A stretch of 64,000 nt of DNA from Myxococcota bacterium (GTDB lineage Bacteria; Myxococcota_A; UBA9160; UBA4427), in the NCBI GenBank assembly GCA_965250285.1, contig OZ252299.1, forward strand, positions 4,448,001-4,512,000, given 5' to 3'. Below, in pieces: positions 10,353 through 19,761 of this stretch. The stretch's first letter is position 1, and every line of letters starts with the position of its first letter. Position numbers and translations under genes: made by a program. The notes beneath the pieces were generated by a model, which worked only from the letters and a program-made list of their open reading frames with translations, searched no databases and was not told the origin of the DNA.

Positions 10353-12767
10353 ATGCGACGACGCGACCCCGAACAGGAATCGTGGCGACCCGGTGCCGCG
10401 CTCGGTGAAGCGACCGATCGCGTCGCCTTCGGGCGCTTCGAGCTGAACGAGGATCGGTCGGAGCTGCGCTGCGACGGCGAGCCCGTGCGGCTCGGCTCGA
10501 AGGCCTTGAGCGTGCTGACCGTGCTGGTCGAACAAGCCGGGCGCTTCGTGGCGAAGGATCAGCTACTCGCGCACGTCTGGCCGAGGACGACGGTCAGCGA
10601 TGCATCGGTCTACACGACGCTCCGTGAGCTGCGGGCCGCGCTTGGCGACGACGGCCGCGGCCAGCAGCTGATCGAGACGAAGCGCGGACGGGGCTATCGC
10701 TTGACGGTTTCGGCGCGACGATCGCCGCCCGACTCGATGAGCATCGCTGAGATCGCAGATCGCTGGACCGAGCGGACGGGGCTCGCGGCGGCCCCGATCC
10801 TCACCGACTCGATCGTTCAGAGAACGAGCGGCCGACCCGAATGGGTCGATGCCTTGATCGAAGGCGTTGCCCAGGAGCGCGCCTCACCGTGGAATGCGGC
10901 GCGCCTCGTGGCGACGACGGCGTTGCCACGTCGTCTCTACGAGCGAGCCGATGAGCGGCTGGCCGGACTCGACCCCGACACGCATCAATTCTTGCGCGCC
11001 GCGGCGACGCTCGGCGGCGCCTTCGAACCCACGGTCGCCCTCGAGCTGGCGGGGGGCCGCGAAGCCGATCTCGACGCGCGGCTCGATGCGGCTTCGACGC
11101 GCGGCTTCATCGAGCCCGATCCCCACGAGCTGCGACGCATGCGGTTCTCCGACCCGAGCCTCGCCGAGGGATTCGCCGCGGGCGAGCCACTCTCGGAGCG
11201 AGCGTCGCTGCACGCCTCGGCGGCGCTGCTGCTCGCAGGTCGCAAAGACGATCGCGAGCTCGGACAACGCGCCGCGCTCCACGCTTTGCGCTCGAATCTC
11301 CCCGCTGCGCGGATCTTCGAGCTCTGCCTCGATGCGGCGCGCGCATCGATCGCCGACGGTGCCAGAGAAGACGGCCTCGTACTGCTCCACGCGGCGGTCA
11401 CCGTCGCGAAGGCCGTCGACGTCGCGGCCCGCTACCAGGCGCTGATCGAGCTCGGCGACGCCCTCTTTCTCACGGGCGATCCCGACTCGGCCCGCAAGCA
11501 ATTCGGCCAAGCAATCGACCTTGCGAACGAACTCGACGACCCGACGCGGCTCGCCGAAGCCACCCTCGGCTTCGCGGGGACGAACAACCACGTCGACACC
11601 GGCCTGGCTTCGACCCATCGCACGCGGCTGATCGAAACGGCGCTCCGACACGCCGACCGCCTGTCGACGTCGCTCGTGGCAGCGCTCCGGGCTCGACTCG
11701 CGCTCGAGCTCGCCTGGGCGCAGCGCCCGACTGAAGCGCGACGCATGGCCGATCTGGCTCGGGCGGCCATCGACCGGGGAGAAGTCTCGGATGCGCTCGC
11801 CTCGCGTGCGCTGCACGACGTGTTCTGGTCGACGTGGTCGCCCGACAACCTCGAAGATCGCATCGCGATCGCGAGCGCGATGCGCGATCGGTCGATGTCG
11901 GCGGGGCAGACCGAGGCGAACGCGATGGCGGTTGCGCTGCATGCCGCCGCCATGCTCGAGCGCGGTGAACGCGTCGAGGCCGATTCGGCGTACCTCTCGG
12001 CCACCGAACGCGTCGGGCCGGATCAGGCCGCGATCGAGCTGCTGCGGTCGGGTCGCGAGGTGTGCATGGCCTTGCTCGAGGGGCGCTTCGACGAGGTCGA
12101 AGGGCTGGCGATCCGTGCACATACGCTCGCTCGAGCGAACGGGTCGGTGAATGCCGACACGATCTACGCCGCCCAGATCGGCTGGCTGCGATTCGACCAG
12201 GGCCGACTCGGTGAGCTCGTGTCGGCCGTGGCGGGCAGCCTCGACGCGCCTCGGTTCGAGCAACGCGCCGGTCGAGCGCTGATCTTCGCCTACGCGGGGC
12301 GCGGCACCGAGGCGCGACGTGAGCTCGACGATCTCGTGGGCCACATCGATGCCATCCCGCGCGATTCGTTCTGGATGGCGACGCTGACGATGCTCATCGA
12401 GATCGCCGCGCATCTCGGCGCCAGCGATGCGGCCGGCGTGCTCTACGAGCGGCTTCTGCCGTATGCCGACCGCGCGGTGCTGCTCGGGATCCGGACGGTG
12501 TGTCGCGGCTCGGCCGAGCTCTATCTCGGGCTGGCCGCCCGCGCGCAAGGTGCGCACGAGCAGGCACAACTGCACTTCGAGCGAGCGGCCCAGGCCAACG
12601 CAAGGCTGCGAGCAGCGCCGCTGCTCGCACGGTCGCTGCTGCTCTGGGCCGATTGCACGGAGCAGCTCGGCGCGAGCGACGCAGTCGACGAGATCGCATC
12701 GGCTCGCGACGAAGCGCAGCGGATCCGCGCGCAGCTCGGCCTCGCAACGCACGCGAGCGCCGACTGA
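10353..12767 (+). CDS. OmpR/CadC-type winged-helix regulator with STAND-like helical/TPR region but no P-loop
   Basis: FGRFEL...LLAHVWP...LRAALGDD...IETKRGRGYRL wHTH followed directly by RTSGRP/LRAAATLG helical region and TPR-like repeats; no Walker A or B seen. Confidence 0.8.
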   Translation: MRRRDPEQESWRPGAALGEATDRVAFGRFELNEDRSELRCDGEPVRLGSKALSVLTVLVEQAGRFVAKDQLLAHVWPRTTVSDASVYTTLRELRAALGDDGRGQQLIETKRGRGYRLTVSARRSPPDSMSIAEIADRWTERTGLAAAPILTDSIVQRTSGRPEWVDALIEGVAQERASPWNAARLVATTALPRRLYERADERLAGLDPDTHQFLRAAATLGGAFEPTVALELAGGREADLDARLDAASTRGFIEPDPHELRRMRFSDPSLAEGFAAGEPLSERASLHASAALLLAGRKDDRELGQRAALHALRSNLPAARIFELCLDAARASIADGAREDGLVLLHAAVTVAKAVDVAARYQALIELGDALFLTGDPDSARKQFGQAIDLANELDDPTRLAEATLGFAGTNNHVDTGLASTHRTRLIETALRHADRLSTSLVAALRARLALELAWAQRPTEARRMADLARAAIDRGEVSDALASRALHDVFWSTWSPDNLEDRIAIASAMRDRSMSAGQTEANAMAVALHAAAMLERGERVEADSAYLSATERVGPDQAAIELLRSGREVCMALLEGRFDEVEGLAIRAHTLARANGSVNADTIYAAQIGWLRFDQGRLGELVSAVAGSLDAPRFEQRAGRALIFAYAGRGTEARRELDDLVGHIDAIPRDSFWMATLTMLIEIAAHLGASDAAGVLYERLLPYADRAVLLGIRTVCRGSAELYLGLAARAQGAHEQAQLHFERAAQANARLRAAPLLARSLLLWADCTEQLGASDAVDEIASARDEAQRIRAQLGLATHASAD

Positions 12768-12798
12768 CCGCCCATGTGGGCGACACACCGACGCGTCT

Positions 12799-12825
12799 CT
12801 CAGCGAAAACTCAGGTTCGCCTCAG
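12799..12825 (+). promoter_or_regulatory. Three CTCAG direct repeats at 11-bp period; candidate winged-helix regulator binding site
   Basis: CTCAG at 12799, 12810 and 12821, between the regulator and the downstream gene. Confidence 0.55.
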
Positions 12826-12924
12826 ATTCGGGCTGCCAACATCTCTCGGTGACGGCCGCAGGTGACCCGACGAGGTCCTCCGGTCGTGCGTCCGACGCGC
12901 GGTTCACGACTGAGGGATCGAGAG

Positions 12925-14736
12925 ATGAATGCACACAGCCTGTCGAGAGGCACCGAGATTCGGCTCTCACCCATGCCAAGGCCGCGCGCCAGGTGGGCGC
13001 ATTCCGCGACTCGATCCCCGCGCTGGGTCCCGACCGTCATCGCGGCGGTCTGGATCGGGCTCTCGCCGATGGCGTCGGCGCAGACCGTGCTCTATCACAG
13101 CCCGGCCGACGACGGCGCTGCAGCGACGGAGCCCGCCCTCGTCCCGGCCGGATCCTCGGCCTCTCTCTATCTGTACTGGGCGTCGGGACCGGCCGCGTCG
13201 AGTGCGGCCGAGGAGGTCTGCTCCGCGGGAGACGGGGACGAGATCTGCGCCGGGCAGATCGAGCTGCGCGCGGAGGGGTCGTTCTCGATCGACGCCTTCA
13301 CCCCCGATGCCGCGGCCAACATCGTCTTCGCCGCGTCGCCCACGAGCCTCTCGATCAACGTGCTCGACCCGATCGGGCCCACGCCCGGCGTGAAACGGCT
13401 CGGGCAGCTCGACGTCACGACCGATCTCTCCACCGACTGCACGGCCACCGCGTGCGAGGTCGTCGTGGACCAGTTCGACGTCGTCGAGGCCGACCTCGCC
13501 ATCGCCGCGGGGAGCTTCACGACGCCCACGAGTGCCATCGCGGTTCCAGAGCCCGGGCTGCCCCTGGCCTTCGGCTTCGGCGTCGCCCTGCTCTCTCTAT
13601 TGGCGCGAAGGCGGCGACACGGTGTCAGGAACATCGTCGCAACGACCTTCATCGCGTCGAGCGCGACCCTCATCGCCGTCACCCCCGCCGAAGCCCAGCT
13701 GGAGGTGCTCGAAGACGCGCACTACATCACACGCTGCGCCGGTTCGGAACGGGACCTCCCCGTCGCGAACACGTCGTTCTGCGATCGGCCGAGGGCGTAT
13801 GCCTGGACCGGGCCCCAGGGCGTGTCGATGGCGAGCGGCGAGGCGGTCGTCTCGGCCGAAGCGTTCTCGAGCCGTCCCCGGATCCCGAAGGGCATCCCCG
13901 AAGAGCTCGCTTTGCGATTGCAGCCCCTCCTGGCCGAGCCCTTCGTCGCAATCGCGTTCGTCCAGGCGTCGGCGACCTACGAGACGAGCGGCCCCTTCAA
14001 TCCCCCGCCCGGCGGCACCGGCTTCAACTCGATCGCGATCGACGGCACGGCCGCGGTCGAGGCGACCTTCACCGTGCGACAGAAGGCCACCCCACCCATC
14101 GCAACGACGGTCGTTCCGCTGCGTCTTCGCGTCTTGGGCGAGATGACCATCAATGGCGTCGGCAACACCCAGGGTACCTTTCGGGTCACCGTCAACGGCG
14201 ACGTCGACAACGCGTTCGAGTTCATCCAGTCGGCGACCGGCTTCTACAGCGTGAACAGCGAGTTCCCGGGCGAGATCTTCGAGATCGAAGTCGGGCAGAC
14301 CTTCATCAAGCTGGTGCAGTGCTCGGCCGAAGCCCGCTGGCCCGGCGTCCCCGGCTTCTGCTCAGCCGTGCTCGACCCCATCATCGAGCTCGACCAGGAG
14401 ACCACCGATGCGCTCCTCGGCCCCAACACCTTTCCCCTCGCCGACTACTTCGAGATCGAGTACAGCGAGAACTTTCTGACCGACGCGCCGGCGAACATCT
14501 GCGGCGACGTCACCCTCGACGAGTTCGTGCTCGAATCCGACCTCGACCTTCTTCGGCAGAGCTTCATCGGCCAGGCCAGCCTCTCGGCCGATGCACTCGA
14601 TCGCTGCGCGACGCGCGCCGAGTCGACCGGCTGCGACCTCGCCGACGCCGTCGTCCTCGCTCGCACGGTGCAGGGCGGCGCCGCGCCGCGGGCGCCGGGG
14701 ATCGCGCCCGCCTGTGCCGCCGTCACGAGCCCATGA
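12925..14736 (+). CDS. Secreted protein with internal PEP-CTERM, second signal peptide and C-terminal dockerin-like domain
   Basis: Signal ...IGLSPMASA|Q (13081); VPEP at 13543 + TM + RRRR; then IVATTFIASSATLIAVTPAEA|Q (13696); C-terminal CGDVTLD...DLDLLR...CDLADAVVLAR. GAGGGA upstream of ATG 12925. Confidence 0.8.
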   Translation: MNAHSLSRGTEIRLSPMPRPRARWAHSATRSPRWVPTVIAAVWIGLSPMASAQTVLYHSPADDGAAATEPALVPAGSSASLYLYWASGPAASSAAEEVCSAGDGDEICAGQIELRAEGSFSIDAFTPDAAANIVFAASPTSLSINVLDPIGPTPGVKRLGQLDVTTDLSTDCTATACEVVVDQFDVVEADLAIAAGSFTTPTSAIAVPEPGLPLAFGFGVALLSLLARRRRHGVRNIVATTFIASSATLIAVTPAEAQLEVLEDAHYITRCAGSERDLPVANTSFCDRPRAYAWTGPQGVSMASGEAVVSAEAFSSRPRIPKGIPEELALRLQPLLAEPFVAIAFVQASATYETSGPFNPPPGGTGFNSIAIDGTAAVEATFTVRQKATPPIATTVVPLRLRVLGEMTINGVGNTQGTFRVTVNGDVDNAFEFIQSATGFYSVNSEFPGEIFEIEVGQTFIKLVQCSAEARWPGVPGFCSAVLDPIIELDQETTDALLGPNTFPLADYFEIEYSENFLTDAPANICGDVTLDEFVLESDLDLLRQSFIGQASLSADALDRCATRAESTGCDLADAVVLARTVQGGAAPRAPGIAPACAAVTSP

Positions 14737-15038
14737 GGCGAGCCGCCCGGTCTTGCGATGACGTATTCGTCGAGTCTTCGCCACGATGAACTCGACACCG
14801 GCTGAACCCGCACGTCGCGGACGGGGGTGAATGCCGCCGCGCGACGGGCACTACTCGCCTTCGCGTGACGAAACCGAGGCGCGGTGTCATCCGAAGCGCA
14901 GCCCTCCCCATCTGAGCGGCGTGCGATCTCCACACTCGAACGACGTTCCTTCATGGCGCTTCCACCAGGAAGTCATGTCGCATCTCTAGGCTCGGGGCGT
15001 TTCGGTCGTGAACCCCCACCCCAAGCGAGGTCGATGCC

Positions 15039-16583
15039 ATGTCGAGTCCCAGCTCAGTTCCCGGTTTGAACCGGCGCACCTTCCTGCGCGCCTCCGCGAT
15101 CGGCGCCGCGAGCCTGGCGGCACCGCTCGGCAGCCTGCAGGCGCGTCAGCACAAGGGCTGGCGCCCCGACTTCGCAAACGGCTACGGGCCACTCTTTCCC
15201 ACGATCGACGAAACCACCGGCCTGCCCCTGCTGAAGCTGCCCAAGGGCTTTCGGTACCGCAGCTTCGGGTGGACGGGCGACGTCATGTCGGACGGCACGC
15301 TCACGCCCGACCGACACGACGGCATGGCGGTCGTCGACGTGGGCTGGAGCCGCAAGGAGGGGCTCGTCCTCACGATGATCCGAAATCACGAACGCGGCGC
15401 CGCCGAAGCGGGCAACCCGCTGCCCTTCGTGGGCGACGGCCTGGCGCCCGTGTACGACGAGTTCACCCTCCCCGGTCTCATCGACGGCATCGGCGGCGGT
15501 ACGACGGCGGTTCGCTATAGCGTGTTCAAGCGCTCGTTCATCGGCGACGAAGCCACGCTCGGCGGGACGCTCACCAACTGTGCGGGTGGACCCACGCCCT
15601 GGCGCTCGTGGCTCACGTGCGAAGAAGTGACGATTCGCGGCTCGGCGATCGGCGCACGCGATCACGGCTATGTCTTCGAGGTGCCCTCGCCTCGCGCGGG
15701 CGCGGCGACGGCGGTGCCCATCACCGACATGGGCTTCATGGATCACGAAGCCGTGGCCGTCGATCCCCACACCGGCTTCGTCTATCTCACAGAAGACAAC
15801 GGACCGAGCTGCGGGTTCTACCGCTACCGCCCGCACGAGCGTCCCAAGCGCCCGGGCGACCTCGAGCGCGGCGGCGTGCTCGAGATGCTCAAGGTCGTGG
15901 GCGTCGAGAACGCCGACCTGCGCGACGTGGCGCCGGGCGAAGAGTTCGACGTCGAATGGGTAGTCATCGACGACCCCGATGCCGACCCCGAGGCCTTCGC
16001 GTCGCCCGACCCGGGCTTCCCGCCGATCGAGGGTTCGGGCCGCTCGGGCCCGTTCCTTCAGGGCGAGGCGGCCGGCGGCGCGGTCTTCCGACGGGGCGAA
16101 GGCTGCTGGTACAAGAACGACGTGATCTACTTCGTCGACACGAGCGGGGGCGTCGCGGGCAAGGGCAGCGTGTTCGCCCTCCGCCTGCCCAAGGATCCGG
16201 TGAACGGCATCGGCCGACTGCGGGCGCTCTTCGTCTCGCCCGACGAGGAGACCGCCGACAACCCCGACAACATCACCGTCTCGCCCCGCGGCGGCCTCGT
16301 GCTCTGCGAAGACGGCGGCGGCCAGGTCATCGACGGCGAGCGGACGTTCGGCGCCCGGCTGCTCGGGGTGAATCGACGGGGGGAGTCGTTCGTGTTCGCC
16401 GAGAACAACGTCGTCATCGAGAGCGCTCTCGACGACAAGCCCTTCATCCTGCCCGAAGACTACCGCGGCAGCGAGTTCGCGGGCGCCACGTTCTCACCGT
16501 TCGGGTTCACGCTGTTCGTCAACATCCAGACGCCCGGGATCACCTTCGCCATCGATGGTCCGTGGTGGAAGGGCGGGCTCTGA
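15039..16583 (+). CDS. phoX: PhoX family (DUF839) alkaline phosphatase, Tat-exported
   Basis: Tat motif NRRTFL; HDGM, RNHE, NCAGGPTPW..WLTCEE, DNPDNI, LCEDG, SEFAGATFSP, FVNIQTPG. Confidence 0.88.
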   Translation: MSSPSSVPGLNRRTFLRASAIGAASLAAPLGSLQARQHKGWRPDFANGYGPLFPTIDETTGLPLLKLPKGFRYRSFGWTGDVMSDGTLTPDRHDGMAVVDVGWSRKEGLVLTMIRNHERGAAEAGNPLPFVGDGLAPVYDEFTLPGLIDGIGGGTTAVRYSVFKRSFIGDEATLGGTLTNCAGGPTPWRSWLTCEEVTIRGSAIGARDHGYVFEVPSPRAGAATAVPITDMGFMDHEAVAVDPHTGFVYLTEDNGPSCGFYRYRPHERPKRPGDLERGGVLEMLKVVGVENADLRDVAPGEEFDVEWVVIDDPDADPEAFASPDPGFPPIEGSGRSGPFLQGEAAGGAVFRRGEGCWYKNDVIYFVDTSGGVAGKGSVFALRLPKDPVNGIGRLRALFVSPDEETADNPDNITVSPRGGLVLCEDGGGQVIDGERTFGARLLGVNRRGESFVFAENNVVIESALDDKPFILPEDYRGSEFAGATFSPFGFTLFVNIQTPGITFAIDGPWWKGGL

Positions 16584-16590
16584 GCACGGC

Positions 16591-18132
16591 CTAGACCGGC
16601 GCCACGCAAGGCAGGCGCGTCGCCGGATCGGGCTCGGGCGGCAGCGTCTCGGCCAGTTCCTCGATCATGGCGTCGCGCTGCGCGCGGTGCTGAGGGTCAC
16701 TCCACAGGTTCTCGAACTGGTGCGGGTCGTTCCGCAAATCGTAGAGCTCACCTTCGCCGCCCTCGTACATCGAGCTCGCCTGGTACCGCGTGCACACCCA
16801 CTCGTCGCGGTAGAGCGTGCGCATCGAGACCGAGTGGCCGTGGTACTCGTGGTCCCACTCGGTGGCGACGCTCGCGCGATCGCCGCCCGCCTGCGTCGGC
16901 AGCGCACGGCCCTCGTTCCATTCGGGGATCTCGACACCCGCGATCTCGCAGAAGGTCGCCGCCAGATCGACGTGGCCGACCGGCTCGGGAATGACGCTCG
17001 GCGCGATGCGAGCCGAGGGCGCCGGCTTCCAGATGAAGGGCACGCGCATCAGCGCGTCGACGTGATAGGGCCCCTTGAAGACGAGCCCGAAGTCGCCCTG
17101 GAACTCGCCGTGGTCGCTGGTGAAGAACACGTCGGTGTCTTCAGCCCAGCCTCGGGCCGCGATGTGATCGAGCACGCGGCCGCAGGCTTCGTCGATCAGC
17201 TCGTTCTCGATGTGCGTCATCGCGTTGATCTCGCGAATCTGGTCAGTCGTCAGCTCGGCGGGCACGAAGCCCCGCGGCGCTTCGATGTTGAGCACGCCCC
17301 CCTTGTCGAACCAGTCGAGCCAGTGGCGCGGCTTGCGCGACAGCACCTCGCGACAGCGCTCGGCGCTGCCGGGGTAGCCGCTCGGCAGCTCGAGATCCCG
17401 CCAGTCGACGCGACCGATCTCGGACTGCGGTGGATCCCAGGGATGATGCGGGTCGGGGAAGCTCATCCAGCAGAAGAAGTCGGCGTCGGCGGGCAGCTCG
17501 TCGAGCCAGGCGATGGTGCGGTCGGCGACCCAGTCGGTGTGGTAGAGGTCGCGGGGCACGGGGTTGTGGTGCACCTGGCACGCGCCCGTATCGCCCCCAC
17601 CCTCGTGATTCGGCTGCAGCTCGCCCTCTTCGAAGACGACCTGGCGATAGAAGTGGCGCACCTCGTCGCGGTGGGCCTCGTGCATGTACTTCGGGTAGTG
17701 CCCGAAGCCGAGGGGCCCGTGCATCACGAACTCGACGCGGTCGAAGCCGCGGTAGGGGCCGGTCGAGTTCTCGCGCGCGAGCCGCCCTTCCGAGTACGCA
17801 CCCTCGGGATCGAAGGCCGGCTCGAAGTGGGCCTTGCCGAGCAGAGCCGTGCGGTAGCCCGCCTTCTCTTTCAGCCACGCCGCGATGCTGGGGGCGTCTT
17901 CGGGCAGGGGGACCCCGTTCATCCACACGCCGTGGGTGCGGACGTACTGGCCCGACACCATCGTCGATCGAGAGGGCATGCAGACGACGTTCTGCACGTG
18001 CCCTCGCTGATAGTTGAGCCCCTCGGCGGCGAGTCGGTCGGCGACGGGGGTGCGCGCGACCCGGCCGCCGTTGCAGCCGAGCGCATCGAAGCGCTGCTGA
18101 TCGGTGGTGATGAAGAGGATCTTTCGGCCCAT
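16591..18132 (-). CDS. Sulfatase (formylglycine-dependent)
   Basis: ILFITTDQQR, CMPSR (CxPxR), GKAH, PDPHHP, FTSDHG, ELYDLRNDPHQ. Confidence 0.92.
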   Translation of the reverse strand: MGRKILFITTDQQRFDALGCNGGRVARTPVADRLAAEGLNYQRGHVQNVVCMPSRSTMVSGQYVRTHGVWMNGVPLPEDAPSIAAWLKEKAGYRTALLGKAHFEPAFDPEGAYSEGRLARENSTGPYRGFDRVEFVMHGPLGFGHYPKYMHEAHRDEVRHFYRQVVFEEGELQPNHEGGGDTGACQVHHNPVPRDLYHTDWVADRTIAWLDELPADADFFCWMSFPDPHHPWDPPQSEIGRVDWRDLELPSGYPGSAERCREVLSRKPRHWLDWFDKGGVLNIEAPRGFVPAELTTDQIREINAMTHIENELIDEACGRVLDHIAARGWAEDTDVFFTSDHGEFQGDFGLVFKGPYHVDALMRVPFIWKPAPSARIAPSVIPEPVGHVDLAATFCEIAGVEIPEWNEGRALPTQAGGDRASVATEWDHEYHGHSVSMRTLYRDEWVCTRYQASSMYEGGEGELYDLRNDPHQFENLWSDPQHRAQRDAMIEELAETLPPEPDPATRLPCVAPV

Positions 18133-18178
18133 GCGATCAGCCTAGCAGGCCGACCCTGCGGCATCGGCCGGGTCGGCG

Positions 18179-19111
18179 TCAGGCCGCCTGCTCCCCCAAC
18201 GCTCGACCGAGCTGGACATCGCCTTCGATCGTGGTGCGATTGATCACGCGCCGGACGCCGGGCTTCGTACCCGTCGTACAGTGCATCGCACGCCAGTTGT
18301 CCCACAGGATCATGTCGCCCGGCTGCCACTGGTGGAAGTAGTGGAACTCGGGCTTGCGGGTGTGCGCGACGAGGTCGCGCAAGAGCTCGTCGGCCTCGTC
18401 CGAAGTCATGCCGGCGGCTGCGGGATCGACGACCCGGTCGAGAAACTGCTCGACGATCTCGAGCACCTTCCGGCCGGTGATGGGGTGCTCGACGACCGCC
18501 GGATACGCCGCGTCGGGAAAGTCGGGGAACCCGATCTCGGCCGGCGTCTTCGGGCTCTGCGGACTCGGCTCGTACCCCGCATTGTCGACGAAGCGCATCG
18601 CCTTGCGCTGCACCTGAAACCGATACGCCACCTCGATGTCGGCGAGGCGCGCCTTCGTGGCGTCGTCGAGCGCATCGTAGGCGCGCGCCAGATCGCCGAA
18701 GCCGGTGAGACCGTCTTCGGCGGGGATCTCCACCGCTCGCAGCACGGCGCCGTGGTTCGGCTTGGCCGTGTAGTGGAGATCCATGTGCCAATCGAGCCGG
18801 CCCACGATGGGCTCGCCATGGTAGAAGCCGAAGGGCGCCCGGTCGTTCTCGCCGCCGCTCGAGAGGACGAAGAGCTCGGGATAGTCATCGGAGCGCGTCG
18901 GCTCGAGCGGGTGCACCTCGAGCGGGCCGAAGATGCGGCTGAACTCGATCTGTTCGGCCGGCCCGATGGCCTGGCCGCGAAAGAGCAGAATCGCGTGCTC
19001 GTGCCAGAGTGCGCGCAGCTCGTCTTTCGTGGCCGCGTCGATCGGGGCGGCAGCGTCGAAGCCGACGACCTCGATGCCGACGTGTTCGAGGGGTCTGATC
19101 TCCAGGGCCAT
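18179..19111 (-). CDS. TauD/TfdA family Fe(II)/2-oxoglutarate dioxygenase
   Basis: WHMD (HxD), HPITGRK, WDNWRAMH, distal R. ATG 19111 has GGAG upstream (GTG 19126 is the alternative). Confidence 0.9.
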   Translation of the reverse strand: MALEIRPLEHVGIEVVGFDAAAPIDAATKDELRALWHEHAILLFRGQAIGPAEQIEFSRIFGPLEVHPLEPTRSDDYPELFVLSSGGENDRAPFGFYHGEPIVGRLDWHMDLHYTAKPNHGAVLRAVEIPAEDGLTGFGDLARAYDALDDATKARLADIEVAYRFQVQRKAMRFVDNAGYEPSPQSPKTPAEIGFPDFPDAAYPAVVEHPITGRKVLEIVEQFLDRVVDPAAAGMTSDEADELLRDLVAHTRKPEFHYFHQWQPGDMILWDNWRAMHCTTGTKPGVRRVINRTTIEGDVQLGRALGEQAA

Positions 19112-19133
19112 GTTCAGGATCTCCACTTGCTAA

Positions 19134-19156
19134 TTAGTGAACAGACTGTACATTAA
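19134..19156. promoter_or_regulatory. Imperfect palindrome, probable TetR operator overlapping divergent promoters
   Basis: TTAGTGAACAG-A-CTGTACATTAA (2 mismatches) in the AT-rich gap between tauD-like and tetR; TTGCTA-N16-TACATT promoter-like spacing. Confidence 0.65.
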
Positions 19157-19161
19157 ATTGG

Positions 19162-19761
19162 GTGACCCAATCAACCTCGCGGCGGCGGGGCCGCCCGCGC
19201 GACGCCGAGCGCCATGCGGCGATTCTCGAGGCGACGCGCGATCTGATCCTCGAGGTCGGCTACGCGGGCGTCACCATCGACGCCGTCGCGAAACGCTCGG
19301 GCGCCTCGCGCACGACGATCTACGCGTGGTGGGGGCACCGGGCGCCGCTCGTCGAAGAGGCGATCTTCTCCGACTATGGCGAGTGGCCCGTGCCCGATGC
19401 GGGCCGGTTCGAGCGTGATCTTGGCCAGCTCGTCGACGAGCTGGTCAGCGAAATGACGCGCCCACACGTCGCGCGCGCCTACCCCGCGCTCTCTGCCGAG
19501 TTCCAGGCCAATCCGAAGCTGAAGGCCCAGCTGCGTTCGCAGTATGGTGATCCGATGACGCGGCGCTGGCAGTCGGTCTTTCGGCGAGCGGGCGAGCGCG
19601 GCGAGCTACCGAATGACGCGAATGCCGAGGCGGCGCTGCAGCTCACGCTCGGGGCCGTCATGACGATGACGCAGTCGAGGATCATGTCGCGCGCAAAGCT
19701 CACGCGTTATCTGCTGGGCTTGCTGCTCGGCGGGCTGGGCGGCGCGGCGACGCTCGATTGA
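19162..19761 (+). CDS. TetR/AcrR family transcriptional regulator
   Basis: RGRPRD...GYAGVTIDAVAKRSGASRTTIYAWW HTH. Confidence 0.92.
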   Translation: MTQSTSRRRGRPRDAERHAAILEATRDLILEVGYAGVTIDAVAKRSGASRTTIYAWWGHRAPLVEEAIFSDYGEWPVPDAGRFERDLGQLVDELVSEMTRPHVARAYPALSAEFQANPKLKAQLRSQYGDPMTRRWQSVFRRAGERGELPNDANAEAALQLTLGAVMTMTQSRIMSRAKLTRYLLGLLLGGLGGAATLD

